Source of the DNA: Candidatus Eiseniibacteriota bacterium
GTDB taxonomy: Bacteria; Arandabacterota; Arandabacteria; Arandabacterales; Arandabacteraceae
Length of the DNA: 64,000 bases
Assembly: GCA_043810925.1 (NCBI GenBank)
Contig: JBDRNT010000106.1
Coordinates: forward strand, 28,942 to 92,941
Direction of reading: 5' to 3'
The notes under the pieces were generated by a model. The model did not search any database and was not told where the DNA came from. It saw nothing but the letters and a program-made list of their open reading frames with translations. Below are positions 9,996 through 18,650 of the stretch, one piece after another. The number at the start of each line of letters is the position of its first letter. The stretch's first letter is position 1. A program made the translations under genes and the position numbers.

Positions 9996-10541
9996 CTAGG
10001 TCGGCTTCAACCCGTACCCTTCCTCAAAAGCCAGGAGGTTCTTCTCTACGAGTTTCTCGGGAAGATGCCTCTTGATGCTCTTCCTGACCGACTCCTTGGA
10101 CACGATCCCGAGCAGGGCCGAAAGATAACCGATGATGACGATGTTCCCCATGATCTTCTGACCGAACTTCTTGAATGCTATATCCGTGGCGGAGATCTTG
10201 TGGACTTCCACGTTCCCGGGATCGCCGTCAACCAGGTCCTTATCGACGATCAATGTCCCGCCGTCCTTGAGATGACCGACATAGGTGTTGTATGCGTCCT
10301 GTGACAGTGATATCAGGACATCGACTCTGGGCGATTCAAGTTCGTAGATCTTGTCCTTCGATATGATGACATCGCACTTGCTGGCACCGCCGCGTGAGGC
10401 GCTGCCGTAGGACTGGGTCTGGACGGCATTCAGGCCGTCGCTGACCGCAGCCTCACCGTATACCACGCCTGCCAGCACGATCCCCTGTCCACCGAAACCG
10501 GAGAACCTGATGCTGATGGATGTGAAGTCGTCTTTGGTCAA
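9996..10541 (-). CDS. korC: 2-oxoacid:ferredoxin oxidoreductase gamma subunit (copy 1)
   Basis: SGFGGQGIVLAG, QSYGSASRGG. Confidence 0.9.
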   Translation of the reverse strand: MTKDDFTSISIRFSGFGGQGIVLAGVVYGEAAVSDGLNAVQTQSYGSASRGGASKCDVIISKDKIYELESPRVDVLISLSQDAYNTYVGHLKDGGTLIVDKDLVDGDPGNVEVHKISATDIAFKKFGQKIMGNIVIIGYLSALLGIVSKESVRKSIKRHLPEKLVEKNLLAFEEGYGLKPT

Positions 10542-11422
10542 GAGATGCTCCAGTCTTCGGGGCGGCGGCCTGCATCTTTCCTGCGGATCTCCTCGTTGAG
10601 TTGACGGAGGTTCGCGGTGAATTCCGATTTGTCCCGCTCCGCCAGCCGTCCGACCACGATCTTCCCGGCGAGTTCATCGGGTCTCATCTCCGCCGCTTCC
10701 TGCGCTCTCACAGCGGTTTCCTTGTATTCCTGAAGGGCCTCGGTTCCTGTCCGTTGACCGACCCTGCGTCCATAGCTGACCGGACACTGGGAGCGAATCT
10801 CTATGAAGGCAAAGCCCTTCATCGTCAGGGCCTTCTGCATCGATTCCATAAGCGGGAAGACATGATACGTGGTCCAGCGGGCAACATAACCCGCCCCCGC
10901 AGCGGCCACGAGTTCGGCTATCTCAAAGGGATGCTCTACGTTGCCGTAGGGTGAGGTGGATGTAGAGACACCGAGAGGCGTCGTCGGGGCGAGCTGTCCG
11001 CCCGTCATGCCGTAGATCAGGTTATTGACCATGAATACCTTTATGTCGATGTTTCGTCTGGCGGCATGAATCAGGTGATTCCCGCCTATCCCGATGAGAT
11101 CACCATCGCCGGCAATGACGACCACGGTCTTTTCCGGGCGGGTCACCTTCGCTCCCGTTGCGAAGGGAATCGGTCTGCCGTGCGTGGTATGCAACGTGTC
11201 ACCCATAAAGTAAGGGCTCGGGATCCATGATGAACAGCCGATCCCCGTGACGGAGACGATATCGTTCGGGTCCATCTGGAGCTCGTCAACGGCATGCGCA
11301 TAGCAATTCAGCACAATACCGCATCCACACCCCGGACAGAAGGCGGTGGGGAGGACCTCCTTGCGAAGATACTTGAAGAGACGATGTCTTCGCTTCTCGG
11401 CCTTGTCTTTCTGATCAGTCAT
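10538..11422 (-). CDS. korB: 2-oxoacid:ferredoxin oxidoreductase beta subunit (copy 1)
   Basis: FCPGCGCG, GIGCSSW, HTTHGRP, GDGD, NNLIYGMTGGQ. Confidence 0.92.
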   Translation of the reverse strand: MTDQKDKAEKRRHRLFKYLRKEVLPTAFCPGCGCGIVLNCYAHAVDELQMDPNDIVSVTGIGCSSWIPSPYFMGDTLHTTHGRPIPFATGAKVTRPEKTVVVIAGDGDLIGIGGNHLIHAARRNIDIKVFMVNNLIYGMTGGQLAPTTPLGVSTSTSPYGNVEHPFEIAELVAAAGAGYVARWTTYHVFPLMESMQKALTMKGFAFIEIRSQCPVSYGRRVGQRTGTEALQEYKETAVRAQEAAEMRPDELAGKIVVGRLAERDKSEFTANLRQLNEEIRRKDAGRRPEDWSIS

Positions 11423-11432
11423 CGGTGCTCCC

Positions 11433-12617
11433 CTATATTCTCTTCATCCCGCCGTAGATCTCATCTATCGTGTGCGTGACCCCGCCGATCTTCGGTATGG
11501 AGATAACATCGGCCTTGCTGAACCGCTCGATCTCGCGTGAGAGCTGCCCCAGGTTCATCTCCGGCACAAACACCTTCCTGGCCCGGGCGGCCACCTCTCT
11601 CACCTTGCCCTGGGGGAAGGGCCAGATGGATATGAGTCTCAGCATGCCGACCTTCTTGCCCTCGGCTCGTGCCCTGAGCAGTGCTCCCGCGGCAGGCCGG
11701 CTCGTGGCTCCATAGGAGATCAGCACATAGTCGGCGTCTTCAAGTTGCATCTCTTCATATCTTGCTATGCGTTCGCGGTTGGCGGCGATCTTCCTGCACA
11801 GTCTGGTCACAAGCTTCTCGTGCACGTCCTGGCTCTGAACATCCCTGATTCCCGTCTCCTTGTGCGTGGAGCCCGTGACATGGATAAAGCGACCGAGACC
11901 GAATTCCGCCATGGGCGGCACGTCATCTCCACCGAAGAGGAGTTCATCACCCGTAATCATTCTCCGTTCTCTGATCTTCACGTCCTCAAGCCGTGGCATC
12001 GTGATTCGTTCCCGCATGTGTCCGACCTCGCCATCCATAAGGACAATCACCGGTGTTCGGTATTCCTCCGCCAGGTTGAACGCCTCGATCGCAAGGTCAA
12101 AGCACTCCTGGACGGAGTTCGGCGCAAGCGCGATCATCTCATGGTCGCCATGGGTGCCCCAACGGGCCTGCATGACATCTCCCTGGGCCGGCATGGTTGC
12201 CTGTCCCGTGGATGGACCCGAGCGCTGGACATTTACGATAACGCACGGTGTTTCGGTCATCACGGCATAGCCGATATTCTCCTGCATCAGCGAATAACCG
12301 GGTCCTGAAGTGGCGGTCATGGCCTTGGCACCGGCCCAGACCGCGCCGATGACTGCGGAGAGCGAGGCCAGCTCGTCTTCCATCTGGATATAGTAGCCGT
12401 CCACATGGGGCAATTCCGCAGACATCACCTCAGCAACCTCAGTCGCCGGGGTTATGGGATAACCTGCAAAGAAATCGCAGCCCGCATAGAGCGATCCATA
12501 GGCCACGGATTCGTCACCCTGCATGAAATAGCTGCGCCCTGCGAACCGGCTGAGGTAGTCGGTACGCAACTTGCCGCCGCGCGTCTTGCCTTTAGGCTTC
12601 TTCTTGCTGGTGCTCAA
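11433..12617 (-). CDS. korA: 2-oxoacid:ferredoxin oxidoreductase alpha subunit (copy 1)
   Basis: AGYPITPA, QMEDELAS, TSGPGYSLMQE, QRSGPSTG. Confidence 0.92.
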   Translation of the reverse strand: MSTSKKKPKGKTRGGKLRTDYLSRFAGRSYFMQGDESVAYGSLYAGCDFFAGYPITPATEVAEVMSAELPHVDGYYIQMEDELASLSAVIGAVWAGAKAMTATSGPGYSLMQENIGYAVMTETPCVIVNVQRSGPSTGQATMPAQGDVMQARWGTHGDHEMIALAPNSVQECFDLAIEAFNLAEEYRTPVIVLMDGEVGHMRERITMPRLEDVKIRERRMITGDELLFGGDDVPPMAEFGLGRFIHVTGSTHKETGIRDVQSQDVHEKLVTRLCRKIAANRERIARYEEMQLEDADYVLISYGATSRPAAGALLRARAEGKKVGMLRLISIWPFPQGKVREVAARARKVFVPEMNLGQLSREIERFSKADVISIPKIGGVTHTIDEIYGGMKRI

Positions 12618-12623
12618 CGGCCT

Positions 12624-12830
12624 CTACTCGTTGATGATAATGATGGAAAACTCCGGACATAGGAGCTCACACAGCCTGCACCCCACGCACTCCTTCTCCT
12701 TGACGGGAAGCGGGACGTAATAGCCCTTGCTGTTGATCTTCTGTGAGGTCTCGAAGACCTTGAGAGGACAGAAATCCACGCAGATCCCACAGCCTTTGCA
12801 GAGCTCCTCGTCTATTTCTATCATACCCAA
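12624..12830 (-). CDS. korD: 2x[4Fe-4S] ferredoxin / oxidoreductase delta subunit
   Basis: CKGCGICVDFCP and CVGCRLCELLCP motifs; first gene of the kor operon. Confidence 0.9.
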   Translation of the reverse strand: MGMIEIDEELCKGCGICVDFCPLKVFETSQKINSKGYYVPLPVKEKECVGCRLCELLCPEFSIIIINE

Positions 12831-12980
12831 TACCCTTCACAGTTCTTTCGATGCGTATTCTCATGTAGTGTACTATCTCCTGGTCTAATATGCAATTTCA
12901 GAATTGCGGGGACCGGAGAGACCGCTGCGGTCGGGCCTACCCGGCTGGATGAGGGTCAGAGAGCGGCACCCTTCTGCAGG

Positions 12981-13000
12981 GTCGGGTCTCCGTGCCCGAC
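12981..13000. repeat. REP-like palindrome GTCGGG-N8-CCCGAC
   Basis: GTCGGGTCTCCGTGCCCGAC; an identical copy is at 13588-13607. Confidence 0.7.
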
Positions 13001-13023
13001 GTTTGGATGGTCTTTCTTCCATC

Positions 13024-13052
13024 TTGACACTAAGACGTTAAAACGTTATAAT
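13024..13052 (+). promoter_or_regulatory. consensus sigma70 promoter, likely leaderless transcript
   Basis: TTGACA (13024-13029), 17 bp, TATAAT (13047-13052); ATG at 13059; ACGTTA direct repeats overlap the promoter. Confidence 0.8.
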
Positions 13053-13058
13053 GTCATC

Positions 13059-13292
13059 ATGAGAAACGAGCACAAACGCGCAACAGTCTACTTCGATCCG
13101 GACATACACCGCGCCCTGCGGCACAAGGCTGCGGAAACCGAGCGTTCGGTTTCCGAGCTCGTGAATGAAGCCGTCAGGCGGAGTCTGGCGGAGGATGCGG
13201 AGGATCTGGTTGCCTTCGAGGATCGGGTCTCCGAGCCTACCGTTCGGTTCGAGACGGTCGTCAAGGACCTCAAGCGTCGTGGCAAGATATGA
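13059..13292 (+). CDS. CopG/ribbon-helix-helix antitoxin
   Basis: KRATVYFDPDIHRAL...SVSELVNEAVRR RHH pattern; overlaps the toxin start. Confidence 0.85.
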   Translation: MRNEHKRATVYFDPDIHRALRHKAAETERSVSELVNEAVRRSLAEDAEDLVAFEDRVSEPTVRFETVVKDLKRRGKI

Positions 13293-13539
13293 TCTCCTGA
13301 TCAAGCGGTCGGCAGTCAGGGAACTCGAGGCGGTTTCCACCCAGAAGCTTCGTCGACTGATTGTAAGAAGAATCCGGGCACTTCAAGCCAACCCACGACC
13401 GCCGGGCTGTGAGAAGCTAACAGGGCGGGGGAGGTATCGCGTCCGTCAGGGTCCGTATCGCATAGTCTATTCGGTCGACGACACGACACTTGATGTTACA
13501 GTGTTTAAGATAGGCCAGCGTAAGGACGTTTACAGATAG
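13279..13539 (+). CDS. relE: RelE/ParE family toxin
   Basis: GTG start at 13279; NPRPPGCEKLTG...YRVRQGPYRIVY...IGQRKDVYR. Confidence 0.88.
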   Translation: MARYDLLIKRSAVRELEAVSTQKLRRLIVRRIRALQANPRPPGCEKLTGRGRYRVRQGPYRIVYSVDDTTLDVTVFKIGQRKDVYR

Positions 13540-13562
13540 GCCTGTCAGGGTGGGTTCAATGG

Positions 13563-13607
13563 GTCGGGTCTCTGCGCCCGACGGATGGTCGGGTCTCCGT
13601 GCCCGAC
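13563..13607. repeat. two tandem REP-like palindromes GTCGGG-N8-CCCGAC
   Basis: 13563-13582 (variant loop) and 13588-13607 (identical to 12981-13000). Confidence 0.7.
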
Positions 13608-13629
13608 GTACGAGCGCTTGCAGTCAGGG

Positions 13630-14874
13630 CTACCTGGCCGGGCCCAGAGCTTCGAAAATGCTCTCTCTTGTGGCGGTCCCTGCGGGGCCGATTATGAAGT
13701 AGATCGAAGCCCCGCTTTGACTGGCGTGGTAAAACTCGGGATCGTCGAGCCCGGTGAGAACCTCTGAGAGGGCGCTCTCAAATTCCTCGGCGTCATGCTC
13801 GCTGTCCCACGCGGAGGACCCCACGATTACCAACTCATCATCCGGAGTCACATACGCCGCGAAGCGCAGACCATCCCAGCCCGCTGCCGCCTCCGCGGCA
13901 TCGGGATTGGTTGCCGGATACATTCTGAAAAGCGTCAGGAGATCGAACTCTCCGAGCGTGTTGGTGTAGTAAGGATCCCAACTCTCCGGCACTGCTGCCG
14001 CCAAGCCTGAGACATCGATTGGCGTGGGTTCGTCCCGGTCCAGGTACTTGTCAGGATGGAGAATCTGTTCACTCGTAGCCGGTATGTCGTAGAATAACGA
14101 GACCATCTGTTTGTGGGGATTGACCTTGAGCCACCGCTGGACGAAGGCGCCGCCCTCGGCATACGGGCTGATCAAGACTTCCCTGAGGTAGTGCGGGAAC
14201 TCCCTCAGATCTCTCTGTTCAAAACCGCTTCGCATGAACACCCTCGTATCTGGAAGCCGGTCAAGTTCCTTGTCCTGCATATAGGCAATCATGACAACGG
14301 TGGCCATTCCCTCGATTGTGGACCGGAATGCATACTCATAATCGAGATTCTTAAGCCCGACCTCGGACTCGGCGACTATGTCCACCTGGCGATCCTGAAG
14401 GGCATGTGTAAGCTCGTGGGAAACGATCATATCCTGGTAAAACGGGGTCATCAGCACAGGGGGCAGATCCGAGATCCCCACAAACGCCTTGGCCCGTGGA
14501 TCGTAAAGCCCGCCACCCTCCTGACCGACCAGATCGAGAAAACCTGCTTCGAGATCATAATCCTCGGGCACCAGTCCGATCTCTGCGAGACACCGGCCCC
14601 GGCGGATGAGTTCATCGTCGGGATACTCCATAGCTACAAGGTCGACCAGAAACTCCTTGAACTCGCTTCTGCTCATCACGATCACCTTGACCTGCTTCCC
14701 TTCCGGCATACCGGTAAGCTCAGCAACCGCTGGTTGAATCTCTTCAACAAGCCTCTCGAGTCTCTCAGTCTCCGTCCTGCGTGCCGTCGCTTCGACCGCG
14801 CCGGAAACCTCGAGCGAGACAAATGAGAGTGTTACGAGGACCGTGCTGAGGCATACCCTGCGCATGGATACCAT
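13630..14874 (-). CDS. secreted putative zinc metallopeptidase-like protein (HExxH)
   Basis: Signal peptide; SHELTHALQD, downstream EGMA, PYAEG, STSEQ-like PATSEQILHP, AAGWDG. Confidence 0.75.
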   Translation of the reverse strand: MVSMRRVCLSTVLVTLSFVSLEVSGAVEATARRTETERLERLVEEIQPAVAELTGMPEGKQVKVIVMSRSEFKEFLVDLVAMEYPDDELIRRGRCLAEIGLVPEDYDLEAGFLDLVGQEGGGLYDPRAKAFVGISDLPPVLMTPFYQDMIVSHELTHALQDRQVDIVAESEVGLKNLDYEYAFRSTIEGMATVVMIAYMQDKELDRLPDTRVFMRSGFEQRDLREFPHYLREVLISPYAEGGAFVQRWLKVNPHKQMVSLFYDIPATSEQILHPDKYLDRDEPTPIDVSGLAAAVPESWDPYYTNTLGEFDLLTLFRMYPATNPDAAEAAAGWDGLRFAAYVTPDDELVIVGSSAWDSEHDAEEFESALSEVLTGLDDPEFYHASQSGASIYFIIGPAGTATRESIFEALGPAR

Positions 14875-14927
14875 AAGCGTGTGACCGCTCTCTCGAAATC
14901 GCCGGGCACGGAGACCCGCCGCTCGGT

Positions 14928-16334
14928 CTACTCGAGCGTGGCTTCATCGCCGTACGCGGGAATAGAAACCTTCCACTTTGTTTTCTTCCTGAGGGTACCG
15001 GCGAAAGCCTGTGCGGCCTCGGGTTCCCCGTGTGTTATGAATACATGCTTCGGCGCTTGTTCCAGACCGGTGATCCACGTGAGGAGCTCGTCACTGTCGG
15101 CATGGGCTGAGAAGCCGTTGATCTGAGCGATCTTCGCCCTGACTGGATACATCTGGCCGTATATCCGGACCTGTTTCGCGCCTTCGACAATCTCCCTGCC
15201 AAGCGTGCCGCCGGCCTGGTAGCCTACGAAGAGTATCATGCTTTCGGGTCTCGGGATATTACTCACAAGGTGATGCTTGACTCTCCCACCGGTACACATC
15301 CCCGAGCCGGCGATGATCACCGCTCCCTTCTTCACGTAGTTTATCGCCTTTGACTCCTCTACAGAACTGGTCATCTTAAGACCGGGGAAGGTGAAGGGCG
15401 AGTGTCCCTTGTCTACGAGCTTGATCATCTCATTATCGAAGAGGTTCCGGTGGTGCTTGAACACCTCCGTTACGCGGATTGCCATCGGGCTGTCGATGAA
15501 CACGCTTACATGGGGGATCCTGTCCTCGAGCAGAAGCGTATTGAGACGGTACAGAAGTTCCTGGGTTCTGCCGATTGCGAAACTCGGTATGACCACATTG
15601 CCGCCGCGCTTGGCCGTAGACACTATTGCGTCCTCAAGGAGGCTGTCGACATCCGCCGGGTCTTCGTGCAGTCTGTCACCGTAAGTGGACTCCATGACCA
15701 CGTAGTCCGCCTGTTTGAATACGGTCGGATCGTTGAGGATCGGTTTGTCACGCCGGCCGATATCTCCCGAGAAAAGAACCGTGTTCCGGTCTCCGTGGTC
15801 CGGGACCGAAAGTTTTATCATCGAGGCGCCCAGGATGTGTCCGGCATCATGAAACGTCGCTACGATGCCGTCTCCGAGCTCAAGCGGTTTCTCATAGCTC
15901 CATGGTGTGAGAAGAGGAAGGCAATTGCGTACGTCTTCCTCGGTGTAGAGGGGAACGACCGGGTGGGGCCCCTTCCTGCCTTCGCGCTCGTGCCGCTTGA
16001 TCTTAAACTCAGCGTCCTCCGCCAGCACGTGGGCCGAATCCATAAGCGATATTCTTGCGATCTCAAGCGAGGCGGCGGTGCAGTAGGCCCTGCCGGAGAA
16101 ACCCTGGCTTGCGAAACGCGGCAGGTAGCCGCAATGATCGAGGTGGGCATGGGTCAAGAGCACGATGTCGATGCTCTCCGGCGGGACGGGGAACGGCTCC
16201 CAGTTTCTCGCTTTGTACTGGCGTTCCTGGTAGATCCCACAGTCAACCAGTATGTTAAGACCATCACATTCAAGCAGGTACTTAGACCCGGTCACATTCT
16301 GGGCCGCGCCCAGAAACCTTATCTTTGTCGCCAC
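14928..16334 (-). CDS. MBL-fold beta-CASP ribonuclease-like hydrolase
   Basis: LTHAHLDHCG, DAGHILG, FSGDIG, MESTYG, GFSAHAD, THGE. Confidence 0.92.
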   Translation of the reverse strand: MATKIRFLGAAQNVTGSKYLLECDGLNILVDCGIYQERQYKARNWEPFPVPPESIDIVLLTHAHLDHCGYLPRFASQGFSGRAYCTAASLEIARISLMDSAHVLAEDAEFKIKRHEREGRKGPHPVVPLYTEEDVRNCLPLLTPWSYEKPLELGDGIVATFHDAGHILGASMIKLSVPDHGDRNTVLFSGDIGRRDKPILNDPTVFKQADYVVMESTYGDRLHEDPADVDSLLEDAIVSTAKRGGNVVIPSFAIGRTQELLYRLNTLLLEDRIPHVSVFIDSPMAIRVTEVFKHHRNLFDNEMIKLVDKGHSPFTFPGLKMTSSVEESKAINYVKKGAVIIAGSGMCTGGRVKHHLVSNIPRPESMILFVGYQAGGTLGREIVEGAKQVRIYGQMYPVRAKIAQINGFSAHADSDELLTWITGLEQAPKHVFITHGEPEAAQAFAGTLRKKTKWKVSIPAYGDEATLE

Positions 16335-16575
16335 GAATTCGCTCCTTCCTGCCGTAACTCATCTGTCAAGGATATTCTAACCCCTTTCGGCCGCAGGTAC
16401 CAGCTCAGACCTCTGTGGCTTCCTAATGCTGCTTGACTTGGCCGGGTCATGCTGATACGCTCTAAAGCCCAAGAGGAGCAGATGTTGGTTGCTCCCGACC
16501 GAAGAAGTTATTCTGTGATGAAAAGTTAAGAGACTCCCGGTTTGCATGGTGGAGATCTCTTCCGGAGGAGGAAAA

Positions 16576-17820
16576 ATGGCTGAGGAAAAGAAGGTCAAGA
16601 TAAAGAAAATCCAGTCAGGCGGGCAGCTCAAGAAGGTGATGGCCGACTACTTCCATGACCTGAGCGATGCCTCAAAGGACGGATCGCGCAAGGTTGCATG
16701 GTGTACAAGTGTCGGTCCTGCGGAGCTCCTCTTGAGTTTCGGGTTTGCAGTCCACTACCCTGAGAACCATGGAGCCGTACTCGGATCCACGAGGACGGCC
16801 AATGACTATATCCCCGTCGCCAATGCCATCGGGTACTCACCCGACATATGCTCCTATCTCACCAGTGATGTCGGGGCCTTCATAAAGAAGGAGACACCGC
16901 TTTCGCGTGCATACGAGTGGTTCGACGGCGTCCCGAAACCCGATGTCCTCGTCTTCAACACCAACCAGTGCCGCGACGTGGAGGATTGGCTCAACTGGTA
17001 TTCAAGGGAACTGAATGTCCCCTGTATCGGGATAAGTACCTACCGCAACCTGGGCGAGATAAAGGACTATCATCTTGAGGGTATTGCCGGCCAGATAAAG
17101 AACCTTGTTCCGATTCTCGAGGAAATATCCGGCAGGAAGTTCGACATAGACAGGTTCCGGAGCGTGCTGGCTTGCTCCCGTGAGTGCACGTTGCTCTGGA
17201 AGAAGGTGCTTGAGGCCAATGCGGCGGTGCCCGCCCCGATGACCTTCTTCGATGCGACCATTCAAATGGGTCCGGCCGTTGTCTTAAGGGGATCCGAGAC
17301 GGCGATTGAGTACTACAGGGTGCTGCTTAAGGAGCTCGAGGACAAGGTGGCTCGGAAAGACGGTGCGGTCGAGGGCGAGAAGTTCCGGCTCTACTGGGAA
17401 GGGATGCCCATCTGGGGGAAACTCAGGAACCTGGCCGAGTTCTTCATCGAACTCAAGACGGCTGTCGTCGCATCCACATACTGTAACTCCTGGATCTTCG
17501 ATTCCTTCGATCCCGAGGATCCGTTTACGAGTATGGCGCGTGCTTACTCGGAGATCTTCATTGCCCGGGACGAGGAGTTCAAACAGAACTACATCGAAGA
17601 TATGGTCGCGAAGTACAAGGTGGACGGTATCCTGTTCCATGACGCCAAGACCTGTCCCAACAATTCGAACAACCGGTACGGAATGCCTGAGCGACTCGAG
17701 AAGAAACTCGGCATCCCGAGCGTGACCATAAACGGCGATCTCAATGACCTCAGGTGCTACTCGGAGGAACAGGCCAAGACCAATATCGAAGCCTTCGTGG
17801 AGCAGATGGAAGGGAAGTAG
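16576..17820 (+). CDS. 2-hydroxyacyl-CoA dehydratase / class I benzoyl-CoA reductase-family subunit (HgdAB/FldBC-like)
   Basis: YPENH, GYSPDICSY, NQC, VDGILFHDAKTC, NIEAFVE; GGAGG RBS before 16576. Confidence 0.85.
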   Translation: MAEEKKVKIKKIQSGGQLKKVMADYFHDLSDASKDGSRKVAWCTSVGPAELLLSFGFAVHYPENHGAVLGSTRTANDYIPVANAIGYSPDICSYLTSDVGAFIKKETPLSRAYEWFDGVPKPDVLVFNTNQCRDVEDWLNWYSRELNVPCIGISTYRNLGEIKDYHLEGIAGQIKNLVPILEEISGRKFDIDRFRSVLACSRECTLLWKKVLEANAAVPAPMTFFDATIQMGPAVVLRGSETAIEYYRVLLKELEDKVARKDGAVEGEKFRLYWEGMPIWGKLRNLAEFFIELKTAVVASTYCNSWIFDSFDPEDPFTSMARAYSEIFIARDEEFKQNYIEDMVAKYKVDGILFHDAKTCPNNSNNRYGMPERLEKKLGIPSVTINGDLNDLRCYSEEQAKTNIEAFVEQMEGK

Positions 17821-17860
17821 CCCCGTCGGGCTGCGCATGAGTGGATAGAGAATCTGGACC

Positions 17861-18649
17861 ATGACTCACTTCGCTGGAATCGATGTCGGCGCCTGCACGA
17901 CCAAGGCGGTCATAATCAATGAGGAAAAGGAGATCCTCGGGTTTGCGGTAACGGACTCGGGTGTTGACTTTGAGGGGGCGGCCGAAACCGCTTTCGCCGA
18001 GGCCAGGTCCAAGGCCGGCTTGGCTGCCGGTCCGGATGGTCCCGGTATGGCTGCCGTCATATCCACCGGCTACGGAAGACGGAATGTCCCATTTGCCGAC
18101 TTGCCCAGGACTGAAATCAGCTGTCACGCCAGGGGGAGTTTCCACAGTTATCCGCGCGCGCACACGCTTATCGATATCGGGGGCCAGGACAACAAAGTCA
18201 TAAGGGTCGATGTTTCAGGCAGGCGGGTCGGTTTTAAGATGAACCGCAAGTGCGCCGCCGGTACCGGTGCGTTTCTCGAAGAGATTGCCAACCGGCTTAA
18301 GATCCCGATTGAAGACTTAGACGGGCTTGCCCGTAAGGGAACTAAAGAAGTTGAGCTCGGAAGCTACTGCACCGTCTTTACCGCCACAGAGATCCTGGCC
18401 AGAATCAGGGAAGGCGTGAAGGTCGAGGACCTCGTAAGGGGCGTGTTCGGTGCTGTAATAAAGCGGGCAACGGAGATGGATCCGCTGGCCGGAGATGTCG
18501 TAATGACCGGGGGTGTGGTGGCCCATAACCCCCACCTCGTGGAGATGTTCAGCGATAGACTGGGTAAGGAAGTCTTCGTGCCGCCACTGTCCCAGCTGAC
18601 GGGAGCTCTTGGTGCGGCGCTGTATGCCCTTGAAGGCGAAGGAGGATAA
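17861..18649 (+). CDS. acyl-CoA dehydratase activase (HgdC/BcrAD-type ASKHA ATPase with 4Fe-4S)
   Basis: GIDVGACTTK, TGYGR, IDIGGQDNK, MNRKCAAGTG, CTVF, TGGVV. Confidence 0.92.
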   Translation: MTHFAGIDVGACTTKAVIINEEKEILGFAVTDSGVDFEGAAETAFAEARSKAGLAAGPDGPGMAAVISTGYGRRNVPFADLPRTEISCHARGSFHSYPRAHTLIDIGGQDNKVIRVDVSGRRVGFKMNRKCAAGTGAFLEEIANRLKIPIEDLDGLARKGTKEVELGSYCTVFTATEILARIREGVKVEDLVRGVFGAVIKRATEMDPLAGDVVMTGGVVAHNPHLVEMFSDRLGKEVFVPPLSQLTGALGAALYALEGEGG

Positions 18650-18650
18650 G

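Noticed and set aside
15402-16436. Long antisense ORFs (also 298-1164, 18549-19484, 49112-50134, 63077-63925)
   Set aside because: They shadow well-supported genes on the opposite strand in GC-rich DNA and have no motifs.
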